A DNA stretch of 64,000 nt from Macrostomum lignano. Lineage: Eukaryota. The stretch lies in the NCBI GenBank assembly GCA_002269645.1, contig NIVC01001081.1, positions 124,001-188,000 of the forward strand, read 5' to 3'. A model generated the notes under the pieces. The model was not told where the DNA came from and ran no database searches. It saw nothing but the letters and a program-made list of their open reading frames with translations. Below are positions 54,904 to 64,000 of the stretch, one piece after another (within the stretch, counting starts at the first letter, position 1; every line of letters begins with the position of its first letter). The position numbers were made by a program, and so were the translations under genes.

Positions 54904-57062
54904 ATGTCTGCTAGCATTGTGCTCTCTACGCGTGCCCTCGCAGCCAGTCTGGTAGATGAGCGCAGTCTGCCGGGCCACCTGCGCTGCAGCAGCTGCTCCA
55001 GGCCGGTGACCAACTCCTTCCAGACACCGCACGGCTGCCGCCTGTGCCAGTCCTGTGTGGACAGCCTGCCAGCAACCGACAAGGTGCGGTGTCCGGGCAA
55101 GAGCGACGCATGCAAGGACCCTGATGAGGAGATCGACATCTGCCAGTCGTCCTGCTTTCCCGACATCGCATCTCGACGAGAGCTCACTAAGCTGAAGGTG
55201 TTCTGTCCGAATAAGTCTGAAGGTTGTCGGGCTGAGTTTCCATGGCGACAGGCCGACGCTCACCTGGCAGATTGCGAATTTGAGAAGGTGAAGTGCGAAA
55301 TGTGCGGTGAGGCAACGCTGAAGAGAGAGTTGGATGAGCACAAGAGTAGCGCGTGCAGACGGAGGCTGGTCAACTGCGATTACTGTCATACCAAGGTAAG
55401 TATAACGGTATAAACAGATATGCGTACCTTTGTTGGTGACAATTTTCTATCTACTGGTTTGAATTTCCCATATACTAAACTTTTAAACTGATTTTAGTAA
55501 TCGGCAGTTTTGCATATGTCTCACTTAGTTCAATGTAGGAAGCACAATATTAGAGACAGAAAAGCCGCGGAGGGTGTGTCACTCTCGGTCCACGCAAACA
55601 AGCACGCGCCCCCTGCGTGCACGAAGCTTTGGCCTTGGGGCATGAGATAGTCTAATTTCACGACTTGCGTACTGAAATTATAGAGAAATTAGTCATCAAT
55701 AACGCTTTATACTACTTACGCCTTCCGACAGTAGGCACTATAGTAGAAACTACCTTTGCTTGCTAAATTTATATATGTAGCTTGTATCACAGGCATTACA
55801 AAAATAAAGCCTAAATCAATGAAACAAACTTAATCATTGATAACCCACCACAGGTAGTTGCTGGCGCGATGGACTCCGAGCACAGGAACCTGCAATCGAT
55901 GTCCTGCTGTCGGGAGTTCAGAGATCCGTGTCCGCACTGCCGGGAGGGAAATTTCAACCGGCAGGCATTTCTCAGCCACCTGTCCCAGTGCCCTCAGAAG
56001 CCGACGCCGTGCAGATTTGCTCATCTTGGCTGCGACTTTGTCGCTTCGGCCGCAGAGATGGCGGCTCACTGCAGCGAAGCAGCCGACAGGCACCTTCAGC
56101 TCATCGATGCCAAACTGCGGGTCTCCAGCGCATCCGCTCAGCACAGCGCTGCCAGTGGCTTTCCAGGTGCGGCTGCAGGTGGTGCAGGTGACGCAGTTGA
56201 TGGAGCCTCCGCGGTCACCGGGTCAGGAGAGGCGGTGTCGAAGGAAATGAAGGATTTGGAGCGCAGAGCCATGAATATTTTCAGCAAATTCAAAGGCCTG
56301 CAGCCAAACATAGCGACTTGGGCACTGTCTACAATGAGTCTGGAAGACTTCATCAAATCTTTCGGAGGTCTTCAAGGATTCAAAACAATGCTGAAAAATA
56401 TGGACGACAAGTTGAGACAGATAGAGGCTGCTGAGCGATGTTCCGGGGTCCTAGCGCCCGCAGTTTCAACTACGTCTGCTGAAGTTTGGCGTCTGATGAA
56501 GCTGATGCAGACGGTTGCTCTTCAAGCATCCGGCGACTGTTCTGAGGATGGCTCTGTGTGGCCTTTTAATGCGCAGCATCAGACCTCCTTGGACGGTTGC
56601 ATCACGTGGAAGATTGACGACGTGGCCGCTAGACTTGAGAAGCTGAAGAACGACGCGTCCACCTGCTTGTTCTCGCCGCCGTTCATGTCCAAGCACTGCG
56701 GCTACTTTTTCTGCGCTCGGCTGCTTCTAAACGGGCAGGCCGAGCCCGGCGAGGGTTACGTGACGGCCCAGTTGGTGCTCAACCGAGGCGAATACGACGA
56801 CACGCTTGAATGGCCGCTTGTTGCCAAAGTCACTTTCCGTCTGTTTCATCGACAGTCCCGCTTGGAGGATGCTGTGGCTGAGACAGGCCTGACTGCCGAG
56901 CGCCCTGCCGCTGCGCCTGATCTTGCAAGCAATGCGACCGTCGTGCACTTTGTGAAAATCGACACTTTGATGGAGAAGTTTGTGAGAAACGACTGCGTCT
57001 ACTTGGACGTAGAGGTGGAGCCGCGGACCAAAGAGGCGGCTCGGCGGTCCCGTCGCAGGTGA
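54904..57062 (+). CDS. TRAF-family protein C (RING, zinc fingers, coiled coil, MATH), 566 aa; exons 54904-55395, 55854-57062
   Basis: Same architecture as A; donor AAG|GTAAGT, acceptor CACAG|GTA; MATH SLDGCITWKI, FSPPFMSK, EWPL, FVRNDCVYLDVEV. Confidence 0.92.
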
Positions 57063-57585
57063 TGAAGACAGACTTCTGCATGTTGTACGAACTAGCTCTT
57101 GGTTGTTGGGATTTTTTTATTTTGATTCCAAAACAGCTTTTTTAATTGTGATAAACTTCGGGACATGATTGACACGATTTCATGACATCAAATCGCAAAA
57201 CATTTTTTTAAAACTTTATTCACAGTCTGTCAGTCTGTAATACATTCGTCACACCAACCCAGACAATTCAGTTATAAAAGTTAAAATAAAATATTCATTT
57301 TAAGCGTTTATTTAACTGTGCGGACCTCTGTCTCGTCTCATCAAAATCATAAGATTTCGCCTCAACATGAACGTGAGCTCAAAAATTCATATTTGAGTCG
57401 GCTGGTGTAAGAGACTCAATAGAGATGTTATTTAAAGCAGTTTAGCAACTGACTCCGTACAAGTTGCAGCGGTAATCACTCGGAATAAGAAAACGATGTT
57501 TAGTAATAAGGCACACCAAAAGCCACTCCAAGAACCGAGAGCCAGTAGTAATTACTGTAGGTAAACGGCTTTAGATCGAAAATAG

Positions 57586-58480
57586 TTACTGCTGGACCTC
57601 GGTGACAATGGTGGCCTCCAGGTAGGCGCAGCTGTTCTTCACAAACTGCCAGTCGCCCTCATCATCCAGCTGGTCGCGAAGATGCCGCAGCTTTGCTGGC
57701 CAGTCGCGCAGGACGCAGCAGGTTCGCTCCGACGAGCTTTGGTCGTTGCTGAACGTCTCCGATTGGCCGGTCAGGCCTCCACAGGATGGATCTCGCAGAT
57801 CAATCAGGCGGGCTTGCAGGCGGGCTCTTAAGGGCCTCTGGACGGTGCTCTGCGTTATCGGTGAATGAACGCTTCATGGCTTCACCATGGTACACTAATG
57901 GTTTGCTTGTGGTTCCAGAGATTGTAACAAGCATCTCACATGCAATCGCATTATTTTAGTTTAAAGACGCTTAAGATGAAACTACAGCAGGACGCTATCT
58001 GCATGTACAAGAACTCGTAACTTTTGCCCCTGCTCGCGAGTTGGGTTAATCGGCTCGGCTTACCTGCAACAGAAGCAGTTCAACTTCCAAGGCAGCTTCA
58101 TCTTCACCACCAGCCTCTGTCGCCGGGGTCGCTCGCAGCTGCAGACGAAGTCGAGTCCCAGTGTCCGGCCACCTGAAGTCCGGCGAAGCCAGCGAGCTCT
58201 GCCGGGCACTGGCTCCGCTCTGCAGGCGCAGTCTCAGGTGGGGGTAGTTGATTTTCCACACGAATCGCCCCTCTTCAATGCAGCTCGGCGAGGCCAAAAG
58301 TTCGAGCAGGCGGCAGCAGGCGTCGAAGCGTTCGGGCTGGAGGTCTCCAGGCCAGACACCCTCTTGCGATCGGTAGTCCATCACACTGCTCAGCAGCTTC
58401 TCAATTTGCTCTTTCACGGCGTTTACTTGATTGGCCAGGGTCATCGGAGCAGTGCCTGCAGCTTCTTGCGTGTGCTCCAT
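57586..58480 (-). CDS. RING-less mini-TRAF (coiled coil + divergent MATH), 226 aa; exons 58480-58064, 57849-57586
   Basis: Exon 1 EEGRFVWKIN..LASPDFRWPDTGTRLRLQL; donor CAG|GTAAG; acceptor GCAG|; exon 2 (absent from the ORF track) STVQRPLRARLQARLID..WQFVKNSCAYLEATIVTEVQQ*; phase 0, 681 nt. Confidence 0.72.
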
Positions 58481-58589
58481 CGCTCGCTGAGATCCTTTGG
58501 AAAGCTGGGACTAAAGTTTCGCCTTTCTGTAATGCTTTGCTGCATTCTAATTCTTATAGAGAAAGCGGAGGCGTTATGGCGAGACTCGC

Positions 58590-58770
58590 GGGAATCCCCC
58601 GTAAACCCCTGCAGTTAAATATCAGGTACTGTACTAGGAAGTTTGTCGTCATTGCTGCACAGCTGTTCTATTTTTATCCCCGCCTGCTCTCTGCCCCAGG
58701 CAGTTTAGCTGTGAACGGCTACGCTATACTAGAGCTGGAGTACACTTGCTGCATTGGCGAGGGAATTCCA
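58590..58770. promoter_or_regulatory. kappaB-like motifs in the 435-bp divergent promoter between two mini-TRAF/MATH genes
   Basis: GGGAATCCCC at 58590-58599 (fits GGGRNNYYCC) and GGGAATTCCA at 58761-58770. Confidence 0.4.
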
Positions 58771-58915
58771 TGGCTTTTTTACAATCGAGGTTTTGCCCAT
58801 GGCACCGCCATTGTCTTGACTACAAAACAAAGGGAACTTTTACCTTGCCGAAAATTTCTCCCTTAGCTACTAAAACTGAGACATATTGAAGCTCTTCACT
58901 GGTTTACCAGCATCA

Positions 58916-59524
58916 ATGTCGCAAGGACTGGATGCTCAGCAGGAAGTGGCAGCCATCGATCTGTGCAAGCAGTCGATTTTGCTAGCCCTGACTGCTCAGG
59001 AGACTGCAACGGACGATGCCATGCTGCAAGAGGCAATACGTGAGAGCAACCGTCTCCAGCTTTTGCTCTGCGAACCTTCCGACGCTGGGAGGACTGTGCT
59101 CAAAATCGTTGAGCCTGAGCGTTGGGCCAGGCTGAGCTCAAGGCATCGCATCCGGCTGCTCTCCAACCATTTCTATTTTGACAGCCCAACTGACCCCCGC
59201 TATCGGTACACGTTTCAACTGAGGCTGCAGCTCGAGAATGGCTCGGCCACGGCTGCCGTGCTGGCTGCTGTCGGTGAGTTCGATGACCTGCTGACGTGGC
59301 CGATGGCCTGGCCAGTTGTGGCCGAGTTTTTCGGCACGGAGAGCCGCAGTTTCGGTAGAGCGCCGTTTCTCCGCAATGTCCACCGTCCGAATTCGACTAC
59401 CGGAGCAGCTGCCGATGAAGAGGAGCCAGTCTGCTGCCAGATGCAGCTGCCTGAGAACTGGCTGAGGGAGGCCACAGTTAACAATGCGGCCTACCTGACT
59501 GCCCACCTGACTGCATCATTCTAA
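58916..59524 (+). CDS. Small single-exon divergent MATH/TRAF-C protein (~202 aa)
   Basis: Helical N-terminus, then LLSNHFY..YTFQLRLQL..VGEFDDLLTWPM..HRP..VNNAAYL, matching TRAF GEYDxLLxWPF and NDxxY motifs; first ATG at 58916. Confidence 0.68.
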   Translation: MSQGLDAQQEVAAIDLCKQSILLALTAQETATDDAMLQEAIRESNRLQLLLCEPSDAGRTVLKIVEPERWARLSSRHRIRLLSNHFYFDSPTDPRYRYTFQLRLQLENGSATAAVLAAVGEFDDLLTWPMAWPVVAEFFGTESRSFGRAPFLRNVHRPNSTTGAAADEEEPVCCQMQLPENWLREATVNNAAYLTAHLTASF

Positions 59525-59999
59525 CTAAGGTGTGAGATGCTTTAAACAGCTTTGGTTTTATGTGTGACGAATGTGTTCTCAATAGGTTTGAAGTTGTGCA
59601 GAGCAGCTGTTTCTGAGCTCGGCCAAGAATATTTGATTGCTCTCTATCCAAAATTCTAATCACCTCTTTTCTTAATACTTTTGCTTTCAATGTACGAGTA
59701 GATATGGTGACATTTTTTCTACTTTCTTGTAAACGTTTCATTATGGCTTTAAATGCCAGTTTGTTTATCCTGGTATCTACTGTCAGCAGACAGCCATGTC
59801 CGGTGTTAGGTTAAAAAGAACTGAAATTTTACCAAAGAGTGCCTTTTCTTCTTTTCTTCTTTAAGTTTGTGCTCTATAAATAAATCAATATACAGCCCCA
59901 TTTTCAAGGTAAATTTGCTTCAGTAATGTTACCTGGATAGTACGCTCGTATTTTAACAGATTTTTTTATTACAAATAATTTCGGTTACTAACTGGTCTA

Positions 60000-60009
60000 G
60001 GGATTTTCC
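60000..60009 (+). promoter_or_regulatory. kappaB-like 10-mer GGGATTTTCC ~290 nt upstream of the third mini-MATH gene
   Basis: Fits GGGRNNYYCC; a weaker GGGAATCTCA at 60126. Confidence 0.3.
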
Positions 60010-60297
60010 ATGAAAACGGAGTGAATAAGTCTGCGTCTATTTTTAGCGCATTATTAATAAAGTAAGTACTTTCAACCGGGTACCAAACTGTGACACTCCT
60101 AGCAGGTCTATTATTATCTAGAACTGGGAATCTCATGGCGCTGCCGCCCAGCGCGTACATTGCCGCCAGTTGCTGGCGCCCAACTTCTGTTTTCGTGGGC
60201 TAACCGCGGATGCACCTCTGCCTGCATCTGGCTGGCTATACAAACCCGAGACGTTCCCGTGTCAGCAGAAATCAGCAACCCGCAATTCAGCAACACC

Positions 60298-60861
60298 ATG
60301 GCTCATAACCAGTCGAAGAAGCAGCTAAAGGAAACAGTAGACCTGCATCTGCGGGCCGCTCTGATGGCCACCAACAATCCCGCGCTCCAGATCGAGCACC
60401 AGAAGACCGCGGAGACGGCGCACCACACGCTCCAGAAAGTGCTGAATGCCCCCTGCGACACTGGAGACACCTGCCTGAAAATCTTCCAGCCCGATCAGTG
60501 GCGGCAGCTGAGCTACCAACAGACAGTCGCGCTGCTGTCGAACCAGTTTTACAGCCCAATTGAGGCTGGCAACCCGTACAGCTTCATCCTGAAGCTGAAG
60601 ATCGAGCACGGCGCGGCCGCAGCTGCAGTGCTGACTGTTCCCGGACAGCTCAACGACCTGCTGACGTGGCCGATTGTCCGGCAAGTGTCGGCCGAGTTTG
60701 TCGGTGGCAAATTCCGACCTTACGGGCGCGCCTTCGGCTTCGTGAATTTTCGACCCGATGTCGACCGGCCGAGTGAGCTGCAGCTGCCGGAGGACTGGCT
60801 GGACGCCGCAACCGTCGGGGAGGCCGCCTACCTGCACGTGCACACGAAGGCGATGCAGTGA
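60298..60861 (+). CDS. Small single-exon divergent MATH/TRAF-C protein (187 aa), paralog of 58916-59524
   Basis: LLSNQFY..YSFILKLKIEHG..PGQLNDLLTWPI..DRP..LQLPEDWLDAATVGEAAYL is colinear with the upstream paralog; first ATG at 60298. Confidence 0.68.
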   Translation: MAHNQSKKQLKETVDLHLRAALMATNNPALQIEHQKTAETAHHTLQKVLNAPCDTGDTCLKIFQPDQWRQLSYQQTVALLSNQFYSPIEAGNPYSFILKLKIEHGAAAAAVLTVPGQLNDLLTWPIVRQVSAEFVGGKFRPYGRAFGFVNFRPDVDRPSELQLPEDWLDAATVGEAAYLHVHTKAMQ

Positions 60862-61927
60862 GCGGTGCAGTTTTGTTAAAACTCGTGCTGACCTGACAGT
60901 GACCACAGCTGCAACTGTAGTTTTATGAGACCAACTCGCCATGCGCATGCAATGCAGAGGTTTGGGGCGCGTTTAAAAATTGAAAGCAACAACTTTTAGT
61001 AGAAATTTACCCTGGTAGCAGAAGGATTTTTATGGCACAGAACTCTCTGTGTGTGGCTTTGGCGCGCACTCTAGCAGTAGAAGCAGCTGTTTATTCAGTT
61101 TCATTTTCATGCTTTACTTATTCTGAAATATTTTTTATTTGAATTGCTGCTGCTCAGATTATTCCGAATATCGTTTCGAGTTGAGACCTCAAAGTTCCTC
61201 AATTTACCTGTCACTTTTTGTTTTTGAATCTTTGTTTTAATTTTTTAATAATTGTTAAAAATATGAAAATGAGAGGAGGGAGTTGGGAAAAGAGAGATGG
61301 GATAAGAGGAGAAGAAATGAGAGATGAGAGATGAGAGGAGAAAAAGAGAGGAGAGGAGAGAGATTAGAGTAGAGAGAAGAAGAGGAGAGTCGAGAGGAGA
61401 GAAAAGAGAGAAGAGGGGAGAGAGGAGAGTACTGAGAAGAGACACAAACCATGAGGGTGTCGGATTGCTATTGTGAAGTTTCAAAGGACCCGAGGGCTGG
61501 ATGGCCCACGTGCCGGAGTGACGCTAACCAGAGAAATGACGCTCCAATTGAAGGAGATAATCGAGGAAGGAAATTGCAATTATGACACCTCATAAAATAT
61601 ATCCAAGACAGATACGCACAACTATGACGCAGTAAAAATTCTTTCTAGGCTACTGCAAGTAGAAATGTTAATTTATCTTTTCACACATCCAATCGAAATA
61701 AGTAAAATAAAATTCCCAAAAATTGTTAAAGATTATTTACCAAGGGCGAGACTCCTATCAGGTAGGCCCAGACACAAAACCTCCTATAGGGCTGCAAGCC
61801 TCAAGGCTTGTTCACTCCCCAGCTCTAAACAATATTGGAGTACGTATTTGGTCCGAGAGAGGAATTATCCGTCTACGGAAAGGGGCCAGGCCAAGGGGTC
61901 AGAGAGGGGCACAAGGAGCAAGAGGAA

Positions 61928-62147
61928 CCCGGACTCAGCCGGTAATCCCCGATTCGGGACGAACATCAACCCCAGGACTCCAATCCACTGTCAGAGATGA
62001 GAGCCGAGACACAATAAGCAGGGAGACAACCAGAGGAGTCAGCAGATGGACCAAGGCAAAGCAAGATGGACCAGGCAGGGAGGGCAGAGCTCATAACTCC
62101 AGAATATTGGATGGCTACCCGGACTCAGCCGGTAATCCCCGATTCGG
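61928..62147 (+). repeat. 30-nt exact direct repeat (cccggactcagccggtaatccccgattcgg) 190 nt apart, in an unclassified repeat-like segment
   Basis: Copies at 61928-61957 and 62118-62147. Confidence 0.7.
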
Positions 62148-62595
62148 TCCGCCCCGGCTCGAGCGTATCATGCTGCAGACCCAGCACTTCACGTTCACAC
62201 TGAGTCCCTGTCAGCAGATGGTGAATTTTCTATGCTATGCAGCATGCGGTAAAGGTCGAAGTCTAATGCAGGAAAGATGGAAAGTAGCAAGTTTTTTTAA
62301 GCGAAGTCATTTAACGGGGATAAAAAATTAGAACTGACTGTCATTTTTATTGCGAAGCTAAATTTTTTTGGTCATTTCTGACAAAATTAATAAATTTGTT
62401 TATACTTATAGCGCTTTTTAATTGTACAGGTTAATCGCAAATTCTAATTTCCCTCAAATGTTAGCAATCATGCTGTACTCGCTGTCGCTATCGATGCCGC
62501 AGGTTTGATGGGGTCAGATCAGTAAAATGAATGCAAAAGAATAGGATAAAATATTCGTCATGGTATAAAATATGTTCGTACATTGATACAAGGGC

Positions 62596-63832
62596 TCAAA
62601 AGAATTGGCGCTGCACACCTTCGGTGTGATTCTGGTGGTCAGCCGTGAGCCGCTGTTCCTCCGCATAGCAGTTCGACAGGCCCATGACTTCCAGCCATTG
62701 CCGAAACTTTGAAACGGTAACGCTCTTGAGCAGTGGAGAATACGTTTGGAAACACGAGAGCCAGGTCGTCGTCCTTCGGGCGCTCGGCGAACGGCTGAGC
62801 CAGCGCTGCTGCATAAGCAGGTCGGCACAAGGTGTGACGCTGGCCCAAGCCGACCCGTGCTTGGCGTTGGACTTGAGACTTTGCACCTTCAGCGGCTCGT
62901 TGGCTGCTGGGCGTCAGAGATGAGGCAGGTCGAGACCACGCCTTGCCGGTTGGCATTGCCATCACCAAAACAGATAGTCATGCCAACGGCAAGGTATGTC
63001 ACCGTCCTGTGCGGATAGGAATTAGAGGTATTTATTTATTTAAAGGTAACTTTCTGAGCTGTCTCAAGAATTTTGTACTTTTTGAGCTAATAAAATTCGC
63101 AATACCATTTTGAATCCCAGTGCCCTTCTTAAGTCTATTAGCCCCAATGAACTTAACATGGCAGAAAATTCTCTAGTTTTATACCTCGACATAAAAAGCA
63201 TTGGGAAAAAATCAAAGTCACCTGTCCTTGGATGACTGCGCTTCTGCCAGCACAGCATCCTTCATCTCAAAGACGGCTTTAATTTGCTCGCTCGCTTGTT
63301 TCAGCATTGAATAGGACAAATTATCCTTGAAGTACGCGCTGATTTTGTCGCACAGATCCTCGCTGATCAGCTGCGTGAAACTCGGGATGTTGAGACGCTG
63401 CATCAGCCGTTTCAAATAGCAGCGGATCTCTCGGACCGTAGCCGGCTCCTTCCGTCCGCCGAGAGAGCTGGCCAGGAAGCCACAAAGTCTTCTACATCAA
63501 TTGTTGATGCATGCTCGGCCACCGCTGCTCTGGCCGGCACTGTGGCCGTGGCGTCGACCAGTTTTTGTTACTTTTCGGCTCGGACTGCGTCAGGGTGCTT
63601 CTCCACTCTCCGCAGACTTCACATTGTCGCGCCGTCTCCGGCATCGGGCCAGCAGTGATTTGGTGCGTATGCAGCTTTTCTTTGCAAGGCATCTGCCGGT
63701 AGCAGGGGGGGGGGGCCGTAGCCCAGCGGTAGCGCAGCTGCTCTGGTGTTCCAGCGACCCAGGCTCGATTCCAAGTGCAGTCACATTAATTTGGGGCTGA
63801 ATTGGAATCTCGGCTTGGCTCTGCTCGTGCAA
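62596..63832 (-). pseudogene. Frameshifted, intron-containing tyrosine-recombinase (Crypton-like) gene with upstream zinc-finger remnant; may extend beyond the window
   Basis: Intron 63221-63007 (AG|GTGACT..CACAG|G, phase 2) joins ..SSKDR to TVTYLAVGMTICFGDGNANRQGVVSTC (box-I Arg-like). In shifted frames: LKSNAKHGSA (Lys loop) and VSKFRQW..RLTADHQNHTEGVQRQFF (box-II H..Y-like, Tyr position reads F). Upstream RQCEVCGEWRSTL. Confidence 0.5.
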
Positions 63833-64000
63833 TTAACGGCCTTGAGAGCCAACCCCCCAAGGCGCAGTGAAGTGTACATGCCTAACGATAAAATAAAGTT
63901 AGGGCCGCTGTACACTCCTGTGTGAGTGTGTGCCTGCGTACGTATCCGCGCGCTTGTATGCTGCTCAGGGGAGTCGGCGGAATGGGCAGCAATGCCTCTC

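Noticed and set aside
41869-56948. Antisense and alternative-frame ORFs over the TRAF exons (repeated in all copies)
   Set aside because: Their recurrence simply follows the DNA identity of the TRAF copies; GC-rich shadows.

Overview
Animal genomic DNA with GT-AG introns, GC-rich exons and repeat-laden introns. The style resembles a repeat-rich invertebrate such as the flatworm Macrostomum; that is an impression only. A housekeeping pair (DIMT1, COG2; 27.3-39.5 kb) sits inside an innate-immunity-type gene neighbourhood. Left side: a secreted PAN/Apple-LamG candidate, a small ankyrin gene, a stop-interrupted RING-less TRAF, and a gene that I reconstruct as one 3-exon, ~1423-aa protein of 22 ankyrin repeats fused to a cGAS-like (Mab-21/cGLR) nucleotidyltransferase with an intact acidic triad. 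The ORF track shows this gene as three unrelated ORFs. Right side: two full-length TRAFs with near-identical RING/zinc-finger exons but divergent MATH domains, a truncated TRAF exon-1 copy, and three small RING-less coiled-coil+MATH genes. Also present: about 15 distinct mini/microsatellite arrays, a foldback element whose left arm contains a 47-copy satellite, a Harbinger-like MITE, Helitron-like fragments, a DIRS/Ngaro-like gag, a frameshifted intron-containing tyrosine-recombinase gene, and a 3-kb nearly CpG-free block. All gene models are hand-spliced from GT/AG sites and reading-frame phase. Domain calls come from motif recognition by eye; no database searches were run.
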